32,000 bases of DNA. Origin: Bacillus subtilis subsp. subtilis str. 168. Lineage in GTDB: Bacteria > Bacillota > Bacilli > Bacillales > Bacillaceae. Below the pieces are notes generated by a model that was not told the DNA's origin, did not search any database, and saw only the letters and a list, made by a program, of their open reading frames with translations. Where the stretch lies: positions 3,060,001-3,092,000 of the forward strand of contig NC_000964.3 in the NCBI RefSeq assembly GCF_000009045.1, in the 5' to 3' direction. How positions within the stretch are numbered: the first letter of the stretch is position 1; each line of letters starts with the position of its first letter. Shown piece by piece: positions 29,226 to 32,000 of this stretch. Position numbers and translations under genes: made by a program.

Positions 29226-30413
29226 TTATTCAAAAGTCACCGGCAGCTCCTCAAGCGCCCGAAATCCAAAAAGCGGCCGATACCGCCATTCAAAATCCGC
29301 AAGATTAAGGCTGGGCATTCGCTGCAGAAGAGTGTTAATCGCAATTTGCGCTTCTAATCGTGCCAGCGAGGACCCTAAGCAAACATGATGGCCATGCCCG
29401 AATGAAAGATGCGGATTAGGACTTCTCGTAATATCGAAGACATCGGGGTTCGTGAATATGCTAGGGTCTCGATTAGCCGCTCCTAACAAAAGATAGACTT
29501 GTTCTCCTTGACGGATCGTCACCCCGCAGATGTCAATATCCTCTGACGCAACTCTGGCTGTCATTTGCGTGGGGCTTTCATAGCGTAAACATTCCTCGAC
29601 TGCGGTACCAATAAGATCTGGATTTTCTCTCAGTTTCAAAAGCTGTTCTGGATGCTGCAGCAGACAAAGGACTGAATTGCTGATGAGATTGACCGTTGTC
29701 TCATGTCCGGCGATCGCCAGCAATATGCACGTAGATGCCGCCTCCTCTTCCGTCAGCTTATCCTTTTCTCTCCCCTTCAAGAGCATGCTGATCATATCCT
29801 GTTGAGGGTGGCGTTTTCTCTTTTGAATCAGCTCTTTGAAATATGCCATAGCCTGCACAGCCATAATATTGCCCTCTGTTAATGCCTTTCTTGAGCGGGT
29901 AAAATCAATCGTTTGAATGAGACTCGCAGCCCACTCCTTTAATTGCTCCCTATCTTCCTCCGGTACACCTATAATGTTAGCTATGACAAAACTTGCTAAA
30001 GGAAAAGCAAAGTCCGAAATGACCTCCATCTTTTTTTTACCTTGCACTTGATCAAGCAAATGATGGACAGTTTCAATGATATACGGCTGATAACTCTCTG
30101 TCGTTCTCGGCGTAAACGCTCCGCTGGCAAGCGTCCGCAATCGTCTATGATCAGGCTGGTTCTGAAACAGCATCATTTGATTTTGCACATGTGAAAGGTC
30201 CTGATATTTGGTTGAGCTCTCAGGCAGCGGGGTGCGGACTTTGAATCTCGCATCTTTCAAAATAGCAGCCGTTTCTTCATATCCTGTGACATACCAGCCC
30301 GGGTATTTTAAGAAACTCCCTTTATAGATAGGATGAACAGCTCGCAATGTGTCGTAAAAAGAATATGGGTTTTTCAAAAACTCAGAAGATGCAGTTGACG
30401 ATGCAATTGTCAC
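29226..30413 (-). CDS. bioI: cytochrome P450 of biotin synthesis (pimeloyl-ACP forming)
   Basis: A GTG start at 30411-30413 is preceded by AAAGGAGAA ([12 protein letters not shown]...), giving 395 aa. The heme-thiolate signature [10 protein letters not shown] and the I-helix AGHETT are present. Confidence 0.93.
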   Translation of the reverse strand: MTIASSTASSEFLKNPYSFYDTLRAVHPIYKGSFLKYPGWYVTGYEETAAILKDARFKVRTPLPESSTKYQDLSHVQNQMMLFQNQPDHRRLRTLASGAFTPRTTESYQPYIIETVHHLLDQVQGKKKMEVISDFAFPLASFVIANIIGVPEEDREQLKEWAASLIQTIDFTRSRKALTEGNIMAVQAMAYFKELIQKRKRHPQQDMISMLLKGREKDKLTEEEAASTCILLAIAGHETTVNLISNSVLCLLQHPEQLLKLRENPDLIGTAVEECLRYESPTQMTARVASEDIDICGVTIRQGEQVYLLLGAANRDPSIFTNPDVFDITRSPNPHLSFGHGHHVCLGSSLARLEAQIAINTLLQRMPSLNLADFEWRYRPLFGFRALEELPVTFE

Positions 30414-30434
30414 GTGATTTTCTCCTTTCTGTTC

Positions 30435-30467
30435 AAAAATAAAAACAATCGACATCATACCGATTGC
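30435..30467 (-). terminator. internal (partial) terminator between bioB and bioI
   Basis: The minus strand reads GCAATCG-gtatgatgt-CGATTGT (6-7 bp) followed by TTTTTATTTTTG. The short stem suggests leaky termination. Confidence 0.5.
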
Positions 30468-30481
30468 TTTTATTGATTCTT

Positions 30482-31489
30482 TCAGCTTTTCGCACTTAAA
30501 CTAGCCTTCATTTCTTCGACTGATTCAACTTCAAAGCCTAAATCACTCAGCATTTTATGATCCTCCGTCTCCTCTTGCCCGGCAGTTGTTAAGTAGTCTC
30601 CGACAAAAATGGAGTTTGCGGCGTAAAGCCCTAATGGCTGCAATGTGCGGAGATTGACCTCTCTTCCTCCGGAAATGCGAATTTCTTTTGATGGATTGAT
30701 AAAACGGAACAGCGCCAGCACTTTTAAACAATACAGCGGGTTTAATTCGTTGACGCCTTCTAACGGCGTGCCATCAATTGCATGCAAAAAATTCACAGGA
30801 ATGGAATCCGCGTCAAGAGCCTTCAAGCTTTTGGCGATGTCAATGACATCCTGTTTCGTCTCCTTCATCCCGATAATGGCGCCTGAACACGGAGACAGCC
30901 CCGATTCTTTTGCGATTTCAACCGTATTGACTCTGTCATCGTATGTATGTGAGGTTGTGATGTTTGAATGGTTTCTCTGTGACGTATTCAAATTATGATT
31001 ATAGCGGTCTACTCCTGCATCTTTGAGCCGCTTCGCCTGCTCTGGCTTCAACAGTCCAAGACATGCACAAATCTTCAGTCCATACGTCTCTTTAATTTCC
31101 TGAACCGCATCTACGACCTGATCCACTTCTCTGTTAGACGGACCTCTGCCGCTTGCCACGATACAATATGTGCCGATATTCAGATCGTGCGCCCGCTTCG
31201 CGCCTTCAAGCAGCGTTTCCTTATTCACCATCCGGTAAGACTCAATCGGCGCTTTCGAAATCGCAGACTGTGAACAATAGCCGCAGTTTTCCGGGCAGAG
31301 CCCGGATTTCGCATTCATAATCATATTGAGCTTTACTTTTTTTCCGTAAAAGTGTTTTCTGATGTGAAAAGCCCCGTGCATTAATAGCAAAATATCTTCA
31401 TCAGGACAATGTAATATTGAAAGCGCCTCTTCGTCAGTCACTTCTGCTCCAGCCAGCACCCGGTCTGCGAGTTCCATCCATTGATTCAT
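30482..31489 (-). CDS. bioB: biotin synthase (radical SAM)
   Basis: The ORF-track start at 31612 lies inside bioD. The ATG at 31487-31489 (MNQWMELADR...) is 7 nt after GGGGGT, giving 335 aa. The radical-SAM motif is CPENCGYC. Confidence 0.95.
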   Translation of the reverse strand: MNQWMELADRVLAGAEVTDEEALSILHCPDEDILLLMHGAFHIRKHFYGKKVKLNMIMNAKSGLCPENCGYCSQSAISKAPIESYRMVNKETLLEGAKRAHDLNIGTYCIVASGRGPSNREVDQVVDAVQEIKETYGLKICACLGLLKPEQAKRLKDAGVDRYNHNLNTSQRNHSNITTSHTYDDRVNTVEIAKESGLSPCSGAIIGMKETKQDVIDIAKSLKALDADSIPVNFLHAIDGTPLEGVNELNPLYCLKVLALFRFINPSKEIRISGGREVNLRTLQPLGLYAANSIFVGDYLTTAGQEETEDHKMLSDLGFEVESVEEMKASLSAKS

Positions 31490-31491
31490 TC

Positions 31492-32000
31492 TCATACCCC
31501 CACTTGATTCATCAGTAATGATAGATTGATATGGTCTTTTACCATATGTAGAACCGTTTCTTTCGTCACGTTGGCAAGCTTTGGCGTAACCCCTAAAATC
31601 GGCACACCGCATAAGCGCTCAATCATCTCAGGATTGGTTTTTTCATCTTCATCAGGAGAGTCACTGATTCCATTGATGATAATTCCGGCGATTGGAAGCC
31701 CCATGCTTTCTGCATATTTGACAGTTAAAAAGGTATGATTAATGGTTCCAAGGCGAGGACGCGCCACAATAATCATGGGAAGCTGCAACGCTTTTATGAC
31801 ATGACTGACCAAATAGTCCTCTCCCAATGGCACAGAAATACCGCCTGCACCTTCTACGATGAAGCATTCATGTTTTTCTCTAATCCGCCCCCAATGGCTT
31901 AAAACCTCTTCCATGGTGACAGTCTTTCCCTCAAGTTTCCCTGCAACGTATGGTGCAAGCGGCGCCTTGAAGGCAAAAGGCGTAATGTCTTCATGAGAAA
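31492..32000 (-). CDS. bioD: dethiobiotin synthetase, C-terminal part; the 5' end lies beyond the right edge
   Basis: The frame stays open upstream of the listed Met through to position 32000 (...SHEDITPFAFKAPLAPYVAGKLEGKTVTMEEVLSHW...). The stop at 31492-31494 is 2 nt from the bioB ATG. Confidence 0.9.
   Translation of the reverse strand, partial: SHEDITPFAFKAPLAPYVAGKLEGKTVTMEEVLSHWGRIREKHECFIVEGAGGISVPLGEDYLVSHVIKALQLPMIIVARPRLGTINHTFLTVKYAESMGLPIAGIIINGISDSPDEDEKTNPEMIERLCGVPILGVTPKLANVTKETVLHMVKDHINLSLLMNQVGV

Noticed and set aside
31490-31612. N-terminal extension of the bioB ORF (41 extra codons) overlapping bioD
   Set aside because: The extension is out of frame with the end of the bioD coding sequence and overlaps it. 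The ATG at 31489 has a correctly spaced SD and yields the canonical MNQWMEL N-terminus. Similar longest-ORF extensions were trimmed for ytlR, ytlQ, ytlP, ytjP, pbuO, ytzG, yteR, ytcQ, ytbQ and bioI.

Overview
This is an ordinary chromosomal segment of a Firmicute. From the protein sequences (memory only, no database search) I recognise it as colinear with the Bacillus subtilis 168-type region trmB-ytzH-ytmP-amyX-ytlR-ytlQ-ytlP-ytkP-ytjP-pbuO-ythQ-ythP-ytzE-ytzG-murJ(ytgP)-ytfP-opuD-cse60(yteV)-yteU-yteT-yteS-yteR-yteP-ytdP-ytcQ-ytcP-ytbQ-bioI-bioB-bioD. I call 30 CDS. Two are truncated by the window edges: trmB at the left, which is absent from the ORF track, and bioD at the right. The ORF track reports the longest ORF and renders GTG/TTG as M, so I re-set many starts using Shine-Dalgarno spacing. 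Coding density is high, and convergent gene pairs are separated by bidirectional intrinsic terminators that often overlap the stop codons. I see no rRNA, tRNA, CRISPR array, IS element, integrase, prophage or long repeat. Regulatory sites I can read directly are a PurBox pair over the pbuO promoter, a consensus cre next to the ytcP ribosome-binding site, and an internal terminator between bioB and bioI. I do not find convincing evidence for a wholly undescribed system. The best leads are poorly characterised modules: the EcsAB-like ythPQ transporter with the HTH-only YtzE, the ytlP-ytlQ-ytlR run including a NERD-like YtlQ that seems to lack catalytic residues, the ATPase-less split pectin/rhamnogalacturonan-type locus governed by a membrane-anchored AraC regulator (YtdP), and the orphan SDR YtbQ at the end of the bio operon. 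Several small RNA hairpins are not explained by the gene models.
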